Positions 29,555 to 39,398 are shown, counted from the first letter of the stretch. The stretch: 40,000 nucleotides of DNA from Acinetobacter tianfuensis (GCF_003611465.1 NZ_RAXV01000034.1:1-40000), one strand, 5' to 3'. Translations and numbers: made by a program. Notes: generated by a model from the letters alone, not told the origin.

Positions 29555-31396
29555 ATGAACCAAACTACACAACACGACCTTATTGGGATTGCTGATGTTG
29601 CAGCAAAAATTCCCGCCTTCATTAGCAAAGTCCCTAATTTGTTGAGTGGTCTAAAGCAAGCCTATTTACGCACTCCCAACACCCCAGCAGGCCTTGGCCT
29701 TGCATTTGAAAGAGCAGTCAAGCGCAATCCAAACGGCTTTGCGCTGCTGTTTGAAGATCAAAAATATACCTATACAGAACTCAACCAATGGGCGAATCAG
29801 ATCGGCCACTACTATTTATCTCTAGGCGCGCAAAAAGGCGACGTCATTGCGGTAATGATTGAAAACCGTTCTGAATTGGCCGCAACCATTATCGCTTTAG
29901 CGAAAATTGGCGTCACTGCGGCACTGGTCAATACTGCACAGACAGGCAAAGTACTGACACACAGCGTAAACTTGGTAAAACCTATTGCTTTAATTACAGG
30001 CGAGGAATGCCGCGCAGCTGTCGATGAAGTCCGTGATACGCTGGACTTGCCTGTCGACCGCTTTCATTGGTTTGCAGATCAGGCGACGCGTCAGCATCCG
30101 GGCCGTGCGCCAAAGGGCTATATCAATCTTGCAGAAGCCATTGATGCCTTTGCGAAATTCAATACCCCGACGACACAATCAGTCAAGGGTAAAGACGGTC
30201 TATTTTATATCTACACCTCTGGCACTACAGGCCTGCCTAAAGCCGTTATTTTCACCAACAGCCGCTGGACGCTGGCATACGGCACCTATGGCCATGTACT
30301 GAATTTAAATCCTGACGATGTCATGTACGTCACTTTGCCGCTGTATCATGCGACAGGCACGGTGGTGTGCTGGTGCGGTGTCATCGCCGGCGCATCAACA
30401 CTTGCGATCCGCCGCAAGTTTTCAACATCAGCCTTCTGGAAAGATGTGCAGAAGTTCGATGCTTCAGCAATTGGCTATGTGGGCGAGCTTTGCCGCTACC
30501 TCATGGATGCGCCGCCTTCAGGACTGGAAAAAGGCCACCGTGTCAAAAAAATGATCGGCAATGGCATGCGCCCCAATATTTGGGACAAATTTAAAGAACG
30601 ATTCGGCATCGAAGAAGTCTTAGAGCTGTATGCATCCAGTGAAGGCAATGTCGGTTTCAGCAATGTTTTCAACTTTGACAATACGGTCGGCTTCTCTCCT
30701 ACACCTTATGCCATCATTCAATTTGATAAAGAAAAAAATGAACCCGTATATGATAAAAAAGGCCGCTGCCTGAAGGTTAAAAAAGGTGACGTCGGCTTAT
30801 TGGTCGGTAAAATCACCAGCCGCTCGCCATTTGACGGTTATACCGATCAGGAAAAAAACAAATCAGTGATTTTAGAAAATGTATTCAAACTTGGCGACCG
30901 CTACTTCAATACTGGTGACCTTGTGCGTGACATTGGCTTCCGTCATGCCCAGTTTGTTGACCGTCTAGGCGATACTTTCCGCTGGAAAGGGGAAAATGTC
31001 TCGACCACAGAAGTTGAAAATATTGTCAGTGAATATTCTAAAATTTCAGAAGCCGTTGTGTACGGCGTAGAAATTCCAAATACCAATGGCCGTGCAGGCA
31101 TGGCAGCCATCACCCTGCTCACAGATATTGAACTGAATGATCAGGACTGCAAAGATATGGCAGCAGATTTTAAAAAGAACCTGCCCGCTTATGCCGTTCC
31201 CGTATTTTTACGCGTGCAAAAGCAAGTTGAAACTACTGGCACATTTAAATATCAGAAAAATAAACTGAAAGAGCAGGCTTTCGACCCCAATAAAACGGAT
31301 GAAAGAATTTTGGTTTTATTGCCGCAAACTGATGCTTACTGTGATTTAACCGCCGATATTTATACTGGCATTCAAGCCTACAAATACCGTTTCTAA
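29555..31396 (+). CDS. FATP-type (very-)long-chain acyl-CoA synthetase
   Basis: 613 aa with the AMP-binding motif YIYTSGTTGLPKA and the FATP signature region DRLGDTFRWKGENVST. Confidence 0.85.
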   Translation: MNQTTQHDLIGIADVAAKIPAFISKVPNLLSGLKQAYLRTPNTPAGLGLAFERAVKRNPNGFALLFEDQKYTYTELNQWANQIGHYYLSLGAQKGDVIAVMIENRSELAATIIALAKIGVTAALVNTAQTGKVLTHSVNLVKPIALITGEECRAAVDEVRDTLDLPVDRFHWFADQATRQHPGRAPKGYINLAEAIDAFAKFNTPTTQSVKGKDGLFYIYTSGTTGLPKAVIFTNSRWTLAYGTYGHVLNLNPDDVMYVTLPLYHATGTVVCWCGVIAGASTLAIRRKFSTSAFWKDVQKFDASAIGYVGELCRYLMDAPPSGLEKGHRVKKMIGNGMRPNIWDKFKERFGIEEVLELYASSEGNVGFSNVFNFDNTVGFSPTPYAIIQFDKEKNEPVYDKKGRCLKVKKGDVGLLVGKITSRSPFDGYTDQEKNKSVILENVFKLGDRYFNTGDLVRDIGFRHAQFVDRLGDTFRWKGENVSTTEVENIVSEYSKISEAVVYGVEIPNTNGRAGMAAITLLTDIELNDQDCKDMAADFKKNLPAYAVPVFLRVQKQVETTGTFKYQKNKLKEQAFDPNKTDERILVLLPQTDAYCDLTADIYTGIQAYKYRF

Positions 31397-31404
31397 GCAT
31401 AGAG

Positions 31405-31440
31405 TTGCCCGTTTTATTGATAAAAACGGGCAATTTTGTT
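31405..31440 (+). terminator. Terminator after the acyl-CoA synthetase gene
   Basis: TTGCCCGTTTT-attgata-AAAACGGGCAA followed by TTTTGTT. Confidence 0.8.
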
Positions 31441-31480
31441 GTATTTATAATCAAACAAAAGCAAGTTTATGATTTTTTAC

Positions 31481-31508
31481 TTGCGCTACAATGAGATCTT
31501 GCTACAAT
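31481..31508 (+). promoter_or_regulatory. Candidate sigma70 promoter for the tRNA-Lys array
   Basis: TTGCGC, 16 nt, then TACAAT, ending ~20 nt before the first tRNA. GCTACAAT occurs twice (31485 and 31501). Confidence 0.3.
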
Positions 31509-31527
31509 ACGCACCATCAAGTGATAT

Positions 31528-31603
31528 GGGTCGTTAGCTCAGTTGGTAGAGCAGTAGACTTTTAATCTATTGGTCCCGCGTTCGAGTCGCGGACGACCCA
31601 CCA
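31528..31603 (+). tRNA. tRNA-Lys (anticodon UUU), copy 1
   Basis: 76-nt cloverleaf folded by hand: acceptor GGGTCGT/ACGACCC, anticodon loop CTTTTAA, T-arm CCGCG-TTCGAGT-CGCGG, encoded CCA. Confidence 0.95.
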
Positions 31604-31627
31604 TTTACTTCGATACCATGCAAAGAT

Positions 31628-31703
31628 GGGTCGTTAGCTCAGTTGGTAGAGCAGTAGACTTTTAATCTATTGGTCCCGCGTTCGAGTCGCGGACGACCCA
31701 CCA
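31628..31703 (+). tRNA. tRNA-Lys (anticodon UUU), copy 2
   Basis: Identical 76-nt sequence, 24-nt spacer after copy 1. Confidence 0.95.
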
Positions 31704-31748
31704 TCTTTCTAAATATCTTCATTTAGAGTAAAATTTGCAAATCCCTAA

Positions 31749-31824
31749 GGGTCGTTAGCTCAGTTGGTAGAGCAGTAGACTTTTAATCTATTGGTCCCGC
31801 GTTCGAGTCGCGGACGACCCACCA
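31749..31824 (+). tRNA. tRNA-Lys (anticodon UUU), copy 3
   Basis: Identical 76-nt sequence, 45-nt spacer after copy 2. Confidence 0.95.
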
Positions 31825-32028
31825 TTTACTTAGGGCATTCACTTCATTTGCAATCATCTGCAAATATTTTCCAAAAACTTTTAAATATTTAAAATTGACC
31901 ATTCAGGTCGTTTTTTCACGTCTATATCTTTTAGTCTTCTGACCACTCCTTGTTTCAGCAGTCTTGCTATACAAAATCAAAGAAACCTTTTTTGCTTATC
32001 CCTCTCAGCAGCCGGCATAAATTCCCCT

Positions 32029-32682
32029 TTACTCATCCGATTTCTTTTTCAGCACATAAGCATGATCTGGAAAAGCTTTTTTATTGGTAAAATAGCGCCG
32101 ATTAATTTCTGTAGCCGTCAGCGTTTTTTCTAGATCCATAATCATATGCCCAGCATGATCTATATGGTAAAAAAATTGAACTCCGCCTGCGTACTGCACA
32201 ACAATTTGATGGCTGTTCTCATCATAAAACCAGCTGTCTTGGCGGTACTGCCTGCTGGATGAAAAAGTTATCGCGCCTGAATGCACAACGGAGCGGTGTA
32301 CAATTCCGTTAGGCAGCAACGTGATAATTAAATTAGCACTGCCCTTTTCACAGTCTGCAAACTTATCTGCACAGTCAATTTTGACATCATAGCGCCCCAC
32401 GTATGGCTGAGCATTTTCTGGAATGATCTGCTCAGCAGAATGACGCGCACGAGTTGAGGCATGCGCAGCAGCTTCAGTCAACTTTCGGCCTTCATCTGCC
32501 TGCTCGCTTTTGCCGCGGCCAACTTGTTCGCCATAGCGCTCTACAAGCTGTGCAGAATCTGCAGAACCGCCGCATGCGCTTAGCCCGCACGGCAGGACTG
32601 CTAAACACAGAGCAAAACGGAATGCTTTCGCTTTTACATGCCGCTGAATTGACATAACAGCAATTTGTATTTGTTTTTTCAT
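32029..32682 (-). CDS. Hypothetical lipoprotein
   Basis: Signal peptide with lipobox LSAC (..LAVLPCGLSACGG). No family recognised. Alternative start at 32655. Confidence 0.5.
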   Translation of the reverse strand: MKKQIQIAVMSIQRHVKAKAFRFALCLAVLPCGLSACGGSADSAQLVERYGEQVGRGKSEQADEGRKLTEAAAHASTRARHSAEQIIPENAQPYVGRYDVKIDCADKFADCEKGSANLIITLLPNGIVHRSVVHSGAITFSSSRQYRQDSWFYDENSHQIVVQYAGGVQFFYHIDHAGHMIMDLEKTLTATEINRRYFTNKKAFPDHAYVLKKKSDE

Positions 32683-32974
32683 CGACTTCTTACAATATTC
32701 TCTTGCAGTCTGTCAGCTTGGAGCGCACTGACAGCACGCTAAAAAAATATCACACACCCATTTGATTTGTATAGTTATTTTTATATTTCATCCATTCTGT
32801 TTTAAATTTTAGCCCAGTAAAGCAAAACCATTTTTACATAACATTACTTTTTTTATGCGCAGCGGCCCTTTAAAAAACATCATGCCGCCGCCATTTTTAA
32901 AAACATGAGGCAAGAACATGTCTCATATTCATTTTTTGATGAAAGACCATTTCTGAACTTTTAAGGAGACCTGA

Positions 32975-33226
32975 ATGGCCAATGTTGGTTTATATCGCTC
33001 TAACCGCTCAAACATGATTGCTGGTGTAATGGGCGGTATTGCTGAACGTTTTGGTTGGAATGCAAACTTGCTGCGTCTTATTTTTATCATTGTGTCAATT
33101 ATAAGCGCCGCGTTCCCAGGCATTTTGGTATATCTGATTTTATGGCTGATCATGCCTAAACAGCAAATTCAATACACACCGCCATATTCTTCAAATATGC
33201 GCACTGTGAACAAAGACCCGCTGTAA
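32975..33226 (+). CDS. PspC-domain membrane protein
   Basis: 83 aa. LYRSNRSNMIAGVMGGIAERFGWNANLLRLIFII is the PspC domain. AAGGAG SD. Confidence 0.8.
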   Translation: MANVGLYRSNRSNMIAGVMGGIAERFGWNANLLRLIFIIVSIISAAFPGILVYLILWLIMPKQQIQYTPPYSSNMRTVNKDPL

Positions 33227-33273
33227 TCAATGCAAATTTAACTGTTTTTATATTTTAAGCTTTCCCTTTTAGC

Positions 33274-33309
33274 AGCCATAACCCTCCCCAACGGTTATGG
33301 CTTTTTTTT
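33274..33309 (+). terminator. Terminator after the pspC-domain gene
   Basis: AGCCATAACC-ctccccaac-GGTTATGGCT followed by TTTTTTT. Confidence 0.85.
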
Positions 33310-33361
33310 ACAAGAATTTTGGCAGGCAGATATTTAAATTTGATGAATTTCAGCAGCCAGC

Positions 33362-34468
33362 TTAGGTTTGCTGCTGTGCATTCAGTTCTTGATATAGCGC
33401 TGCGATCATATCCGCGCGGCTGATCATGCCCACCAATTTTTTTGCTTCAACCACAGGAATATAATTAAACGACCGTTCCACAAAATAAGGCACTAAATCC
33501 TGAATAGGCTGATCAGGCCGCACCGTCACGACTTTTGGATTCATAATTTGATAAACGTGATTTTCCCAGCTGGCTTTTGGATCTGCTGCACGTTTAAACC
33601 ACTCCACAACATCATACAGCGCCAAATTGCCGACCAAACGGTCTAGATCGCTCACGACTGGCAGGCTCATTAAATTCACCTGTTTAAATTTCTCTAAGGC
33701 TGATTGAATATCATCTTCAGCACGCAAGGAAATCACTTGCCTGCTCATAATGTCCCTGCAGCTGAATTGACTTAAACCGCGGCGGTTCGCCAGCTGCTGC
33801 GCTTCTAAAATAATTTTTTGCAGATCATATTCACTGATGTCGAGCAGCTGACTCTGCTGCTCCAGCACTTGATGAATGTCAGCAGGCTGAATTGACACTT
33901 TTTGGGTCGGAGTCGGGTCAGCCGTACGCGTATTCACTTGTAATTTTTGCGGATACTGCTTGCCCAGCAGCCGATTATAGAAAATGGCGATCACCATCAG
34001 CAGGACTGAATTTAAAAGCACAGGATAAAAGAGAAACGCATAGCCTAAATCACGCACAGCCTCTCCACCCAATATCGCAGTAATGGCCACTGCACCGCTG
34101 GGCGGATGCAGTGAGTCTGTGGTCATCATTAAAATAATTGCCAGAGCCACCGCTAGGCTGAATGCTTCGGTCTGGTTCGGAATGAACAAAGCGCACGTCA
34201 CGCCAATGAGCGCTGCAATACTGTTGCCGACCACCATATTCCACGGCTGCGCCAAAGGACTGGCAGGCACAGCAAATAACAGTACAGATGAAGCCCCCAT
34301 CGGCGCGATATACCATGCATTGATATCACCCAGCACCAGCCAGCTAAGCAATGAAGAAAGCCCCAAACCGAGCAATGCCCCAACGCCGCACAAAATGCGG
34401 TCTTTGAGCGGCAGAACTTTAAAATTAGGTTTTAGCGTATTAAGCCAAGCTGCTTTTGCATGAAACAC
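33362..34468 (-). CDS. HPP-family membrane protein with C-terminal CBS pair
   Basis: 368 aa. The membrane domain contains LHPPSGA (HPP motif). The C-terminal ~130 aa have a tandem CBS pattern. Confidence 0.75.
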   Translation of the reverse strand: MFHAKAAWLNTLKPNFKVLPLKDRILCGVGALLGLGLSSLLSWLVLGDINAWYIAPMGASSVLLFAVPASPLAQPWNMVVGNSIAALIGVTCALFIPNQTEAFSLAVALAIILMMTTDSLHPPSGAVAITAILGGEAVRDLGYAFLFYPVLLNSVLLMVIAIFYNRLLGKQYPQKLQVNTRTADPTPTQKVSIQPADIHQVLEQQSQLLDISEYDLQKIILEAQQLANRRGLSQFSCRDIMSRQVISLRAEDDIQSALEKFKQVNLMSLPVVSDLDRLVGNLALYDVVEWFKRAADPKASWENHVYQIMNPKVVTVRPDQPIQDLVPYFVERSFNYIPVVEAKKLVGMISRADMIAALYQELNAQQQT

Positions 34469-34687
34469 AGGATGCCCGATTTGTAATTTTCTAATGGGAC
34501 TGCATTATAAAGCGTTAACCAGCTAAGATGTATTCATTTTATATCTTTTAATAATTCATAGAACTGCTTTAAGCCTCCCATATAAATCCCGCTATTCACA
34601 GCTTCCGTCTTCTAGCGTTTTCAACTTTACCTCATGTTCGATTCAGCTTAAAGTAGATGCTTATAACAATACAGGATACGGTAAAGC

Positions 34688-35452
34688 ATGGCGCAATCGG
34701 AATGGCTTGCTCTCGTCATCTGCTTAGCGGCGGCCATCTTACATGGCCTATGCGGTTTTGGCTTTCCCATGATGAGTACCGCAGCGCTGTCAATGCAATA
34801 CTCGATGCAAACTGCTGTTGCACTGGTTCTGCTGCCCTGCTTAGCGCTGAATATACTGATGCTGAAAGCAGATGCATCCCGCAGCTTCTGGCAAAGCACC
34901 GTGCACTATACAGCCCAATACTGGCCGCTGATTTTAAGCAGCTTAATTGGCAGTTTTATTGGCGTACAGGCCTTGCTGATGCTCAGCGAAGCTTTTCTCA
35001 AGTTTGCCTTAGCAGGCATCCTGTTTATTTATCTAGCCGATCAGCTGCGCTCACAGCCTATGCATATTGCGCCCACAACATTTAACATGCTGGTTTTCGG
35101 CAGCTTAGCCGGTGTCATTGGCGGCGCAACCAACGCCATGGCGCCTTTTTTGATGATGTATCTTTTAAGCTCCAAGCATCAAAAGATTGAGATCATCATG
35201 ATTAGCAACTTATGCTTTATTGTCAGCAAATTGATTCAGCTCGGTTTGCTTTTCCCGCATATTGCCAATTTTGATGCGCAGCAAAATTTCTTATTAATTC
35301 TATTATTTGCAGCAGCTTTAGCAGGAATGTATCTGGGCAGCCATATCCGAGCTTATTTGTCCCAAGAAAAATTTAAAAACTTCATTTTATGGATTTTGGC
35401 ATTGCTGGGGCTGAGTTCATTTTGGCAGGCACTTCAGCTGATCAATCTATAA
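34688..35452 (+). CDS. TauE/SafE-family anion (sulfite) exporter
   Basis: 254 aa, ~7-8 TM, with the duplicated 4-TM pattern typical of TauE/SafE. Confidence 0.65.
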   Translation: MAQSEWLALVICLAAAILHGLCGFGFPMMSTAALSMQYSMQTAVALVLLPCLALNILMLKADASRSFWQSTVHYTAQYWPLILSSLIGSFIGVQALLMLSEAFLKFALAGILFIYLADQLRSQPMHIAPTTFNMLVFGSLAGVIGGATNAMAPFLMMYLLSSKHQKIEIIMISNLCFIVSKLIQLGLLFPHIANFDAQQNFLLILLFAAALAGMYLGSHIRAYLSQEKFKNFILWILALLGLSSFWQALQLINL

Positions 35453-35553
35453 TTGGTCTAAATAAACTTTGAATAGTCTATCAATTGCTCTACCATCGAC
35501 ACCTTTATGCTTAAACTACAGCTATATCAATTAAATTGCAGAGAAAGAAACAG

Positions 35554-36969
35554 ATGAATCAAGTTCCTAATCTTGCTACTCCCACCAACATTATGCCTAA
35601 AGGCCTAATAAAAGGCTGGATTGTCATTTTCATAGCACTCATTGTCTCCCTCGGGCTATATCAAGTTCTGCCCTACGATGATTATGCGAATAAAGGCCTT
35701 TCCTTACTGGTCTTCATTGGTATTTTATGGCTGACTGAAGCTATTCACATCACCATTACCGCACTGTTAATTCCTATATTAGCAGTACTGATCGGCATGC
35801 CAATGGCTAAGGGCGATGAACTGGTGCCTATCACCACCAAAGCCGCTTTAGCCAACTTTGCCGATCCAATTATTTTCTTATTCTTTGGCGGTTTTGCCCT
35901 CGCCACAGCCCTGCATATTCAAAAGCTGGATAAAAAAATTGCTACGTGGATTATTTCCATGTCCGGCGGGCATTTGGGAATTTCCGTTTTGGCCATTTTC
36001 ATCGTGACCGCAGTGCTGTCGATGTGGATTTCCAACACGGCAACCGCAGCAATGATGCTGCCTTTAGCTTTGGGCTTATTGTCACACTTTGATGGCGAAA
36101 AAGACCGTAAAACCTTTGTGTTCATCTTACTTGGTATTGCTTATTCAGCCAGTATTGGCGGTTTAGGCACGCTGGTCGGCTCACCCCCAAATGCAATTGC
36201 AGCCAAGGCTTTAGATTATGATTTTGCAGATTGGATGAAGATCGGCTTGCCAATGATGCTGGTGGTTTTACCAGCCATGATTGCATGCCTGTACTTCATT
36301 TTACGTCCTAAGCTCAATCACAAAGTAGACTTTAAAACCGAAGTGATTCCATGGACTAAAACCCGTATTGCGACCATGATCCTGTTTTTGACGACAGCTT
36401 GCGCTTGGATTTTCAGCAAACAAGTCGGCGATGCTCTAAGCTTGTCTCAAACAGATACATGGATTGCTTTAGCAGCAGCCTGCCTTGTGGTGATTTTAGG
36501 CACAGCAACATGGAAACAGATTTCTGAAAATACTGACTGGGGTGTACTGTTCCTATTTGGCGGCGGCTTAACCCTCAGCGCCATTTTAAAAGACTCCGGC
36601 AGTTCGCTGGTCTTGGGTCAAACCATTGCCAATACCTTTGGCGACACGTCACCGCTGGTCATCATTTTTGTCGTTGCAACCTTTATTATTTTCTTAACAG
36701 AATTTACCAGCAACACCGCTTCTGCTGCGCTGCTGGTTCCAGTGTTTGCCGTAATTGCAGACCAAATGGGCATGCCGAAAGAAATTCTGGTGATTATTAT
36801 CGGTATTGGAGCATCGTGCGCCTTTATGCTGCCTGTGGCTACGCCGCCAAATGCAATTGTCTTCGGTACAGGACATATTCAGCAAAGTGAGATGATGAAA
36901 GTCGGATTCGTACTGAATGTCTTATGTATTTTCATTATTTCTCTGTTTGTGTACTGGTTCTTTATTTAA
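35554..36969 (+). CDS. DASS/SLC13-family anion:sodium symporter
   Basis: Duplicated SNT motifs (ISNTATAAMMLP and TSNTASAALLVP). ATG at 35554 is preferred over the TTG at 35536. Confidence 0.8.
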   Translation: MNQVPNLATPTNIMPKGLIKGWIVIFIALIVSLGLYQVLPYDDYANKGLSLLVFIGILWLTEAIHITITALLIPILAVLIGMPMAKGDELVPITTKAALANFADPIIFLFFGGFALATALHIQKLDKKIATWIISMSGGHLGISVLAIFIVTAVLSMWISNTATAAMMLPLALGLLSHFDGEKDRKTFVFILLGIAYSASIGGLGTLVGSPPNAIAAKALDYDFADWMKIGLPMMLVVLPAMIACLYFILRPKLNHKVDFKTEVIPWTKTRIATMILFLTTACAWIFSKQVGDALSLSQTDTWIALAAACLVVILGTATWKQISENTDWGVLFLFGGGLTLSAILKDSGSSLVLGQTIANTFGDTSPLVIIFVVATFIIFLTEFTSNTASAALLVPVFAVIADQMGMPKEILVIIIGIGASCAFMLPVATPPNAIVFGTGHIQQSEMMKVGFVLNVLCIFIISLFVYWFFI

Positions 36970-36981
36970 ACTTTAAACCAT

Positions 36982-37009
36982 AAAAAAGCGCCTGAAGGCG
37001 CTTTTTTTT
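36982..37009. terminator. Bidirectional terminator between convergent genes
   Basis: AAAAAA-GCGCC-tgaa-GGCGC-TTTTTTTT. Confidence 0.9.
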
Positions 37010-37028
37010 AGCTCAATCAAAACATGTT

Positions 37029-37823
37029 TTAAAGCTGCTTTTCATTTAAATAACGCCAATAGCGCTGAGGTACATATTGCACATGCAGTTTGAGATTTTG
37101 CCGCTCTTGAATATTTACACTTTGAAAATAGGTCTTCCACAAACGGTCACACAGCTCTTCCGCATCATTCAAAGCAATGATGAAATGCTGACTATGCCCA
37201 GCTGCAATTTGCGCATCAATATGGTGCGCATTCAAACTCACCTCATGAATTTGACTCAGATCATAATACAAACCGTATTGACGCGTTTCATCATAAATCA
37301 GCCATTTTTGGTCTTGATAACGGGTTTTAAAGTGCGGAGCAATCACTGGCAAGACATTAAAATCGGGCGCGATCAAACTTAAATACACATCATCTGCCGT
37401 TTTCTTAAACCGTACAAAAGCCTCCATACGATGCTTTTCACGTCCAACCTTTTTTGCCCATTGCGCAACTGCCAGCACACTGGTCTGCATATAGTTTTTT
37501 TCAACAGCGTATGAGTTTAAAAACACATGCACTGCATAATCAAACAAATGCTGAAAGGCATCTAAGGATTCAGATAAATAAGCCAAATAAAACTGACGCA
37601 GAGCCGTCCTCGACAGCCGCTGCTGCAGCCCTGCCCACACCCGTTCTGCATGAGCAGGATTATTCGCCACGTCAATACTGTCATCCGCAAGCAATAAATG
37701 CTGACAGTGATTGGGCAAACTTAAGCTGACATCAAACTCTTTAAACTGAAAAGCGCGAAAAATACAGCTCAGCAAGCCAACTTTAGAGCCATCGAAAACA
37801 TACTGAATTTGCGCAGCTGGCAT
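37029..37823 (-). CDS. DUF4130-type 'probable DNA metabolism protein', partner of the radical SAM gene
   Basis: 264 aa with REKHRMEAFVRF and a C-terminal VPQRYWRYLNE, as in the DUF4130 family. It starts 4 nt after the radical SAM gene. Confidence 0.7.
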   Translation of the reverse strand: MPAAQIQYVFDGSKVGLLSCIFRAFQFKEFDVSLSLPNHCQHLLLADDSIDVANNPAHAERVWAGLQQRLSRTALRQFYLAYLSESLDAFQHLFDYAVHVFLNSYAVEKNYMQTSVLAVAQWAKKVGREKHRMEAFVRFKKTADDVYLSLIAPDFNVLPVIAPHFKTRYQDQKWLIYDETRQYGLYYDLSQIHEVSLNAHHIDAQIAAGHSQHFIIALNDAEELCDRLWKTYFQSVNIQERQNLKLHVQYVPQRYWRYLNEKQL

Positions 37824-37827
37824 CTGA

Positions 37828-39087
37828 TTAAAAACCTAAATTTAACTGAGGAGATAACGGTTTTTCATATTTAGACGAGCCGCCTTGCACAATATTTTGC
37901 CGAATTTGCGCAGAGGCCAATTCCCGCTGAAACGCAGGGCTATCTTCACAGCGGATAAAATATTGCGCCCGCTGATAAGCAACACCCAGTTTTTTCAACA
38001 AGTCACTGCGCACTTTGCCAAACTTTCGAGCCTGCACAATTTTCTTGGCCGAACGGACACCGATGCCCGGCACACGTAAAATCATCCAATACGGCGCTCG
38101 GTTTAAATCGACAGGAAACTGCTCTGGATGCCTTAAAGCCCAGCTCAGTTTCGGGTCAACCTGCAAGTCTAAATTGGGATGAAGATCATCTACAATTTCA
38201 TGCGCTTCAAAGCCATAAAAGCGCATGAGCCAGTCACTTTGATACAGGCGGTTTTCACGCAGCAGCGGCGGCGCTGAGCCGACTGCAGGCAAATGATTAT
38301 TGTCTGTATTGATTGGAATATAGCCTGAGTAATACACGCGTTTAAGTTTAAATTCTTTGTAATGATGATCAGCCATCAGCAGGACATCACGGTCCGTTTC
38401 CTGATGCGCCCCCACCACCATTTGCGTGGTTTGCCCTGCGGGCACATATTTCGGCACATGACGAATCACCAGACCTTCATCTTTCAGCTGAATTAAGCGG
38501 TCACGCACTAAGGCCAAATCTTTTTGAACTTCTTGATGTGATTTTTCAGGTGCAAATGTCTGCAAGCCCAATGCAGTTGGCATTTCCAAATTAATGCTCA
38601 TGCGGTCTGCATATAAACCGGCTTCATGAATCAGCTCTGGCGATGCGCCCGGAATGGTTTTTAAATGAATATAGCCATTAAAATTTTCTTCTAAACGTAA
38701 TTTTTTAACCACCTGCATCATGCGTTCCATGGTGTGGTCAGCAGATTTAAAAATACCTGAACTTAAAAACAAGCCTTCAATATAATTGCGCCGATAAAAA
38801 TTAATAGTGAGATCAACAACTTCCTGCACTGTAAATGCTGCGCGCTGCACATCATTTGAACGGCGCGACACACAGTAGGCACAGTCATAAATGCAGACAT
38901 TGCTGAACAAAATTTTCAGCAGCGATACACAGCGCCCGTCCTCAGTATAGCTATGACAAATCCCAGAGCCAGTATTCCCCAGTCCTTTTTCCTTATTTTT
39001 ACGGTCACTTCCACTCGAAGAACAGGACACATCATATTTGGCGGCATCTGCCAAAATACTCAGTTTTTCTTGGATTCGATCTGTCAT
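37828..39087 (-). CDS. Putative DNA modification/repair radical SAM protein
   Basis: 419 aa with CIYDCAYC (CxxxCxxC) and a C-terminal helix-hairpin-helix-like LRVPGIGVRSAKKIV. GGTGG SD. Confidence 0.8.
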   Translation of the reverse strand: MTDRIQEKLSILADAAKYDVSCSSSGSDRKNKEKGLGNTGSGICHSYTEDGRCVSLLKILFSNVCIYDCAYCVSRRSNDVQRAAFTVQEVVDLTINFYRRNYIEGLFLSSGIFKSADHTMERMMQVVKKLRLEENFNGYIHLKTIPGASPELIHEAGLYADRMSINLEMPTALGLQTFAPEKSHQEVQKDLALVRDRLIQLKDEGLVIRHVPKYVPAGQTTQMVVGAHQETDRDVLLMADHHYKEFKLKRVYYSGYIPINTDNNHLPAVGSAPPLLRENRLYQSDWLMRFYGFEAHEIVDDLHPNLDLQVDPKLSWALRHPEQFPVDLNRAPYWMILRVPGIGVRSAKKIVQARKFGKVRSDLLKKLGVAYQRAQYFIRCEDSPAFQRELASAQIRQNIVQGGSSKYEKPLSPQLNLGF

Positions 39088-39398
39088 AAAACCACCATTT
39101 CAGTTCAAACATGACAGCAAGTATAGAGACTGCCGCACCCACAGAACCGGACTGGACGACACCATATGTCGCAGTAAAAATATTGCAAATAAAATGAAGC
39201 CTTTGCTCAGCAAGATTTTTGTAACAGAAGGTCTGGACAAGCAGCAAGCCAGTATCTTTTTTAAATCCGATCTGCGCTTTACAAAACATTCGGACAGATA
39301 CTGCAAATCAAACATGAAATTTAAGCGAAGCCTTTGCCACTCTCCTGCAAAATCCTTATACTTAGAAGCAATTTTTTTCTAATTTTAAGTGGATGACC

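Noticed and set aside
31441-32028. tRNA-Lys array as the attachment site of a genomic island or prophage
   Set aside because: There is no integrase, no partial tRNA 3' direct repeat and no foreign-looking gene block downstream. The next gene is a small lipoprotein on the opposite strand.
39101-39117. CAGTTCAAACATGACAG just upstream of the radical SAM start as a LexA/SOS box
   Set aside because: On the gene's strand it reads CTGTCATGTTTGAACTG, which ends in CTG rather than CAG. It is therefore not the CTGT-N8-ACAG palindrome.
39038-39382. 114-aa plus-strand ORF (and the 85-aa and 71-aa minus-strand ORFs) filling the radical-SAM/glyQ intergenic region
   Set aside because: It starts inside the radical SAM coding sequence on the other strand. 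Mutually overlapping ORFs on both strands with basic, low-information translations are more consistent with chance ORFs in a promoter region.
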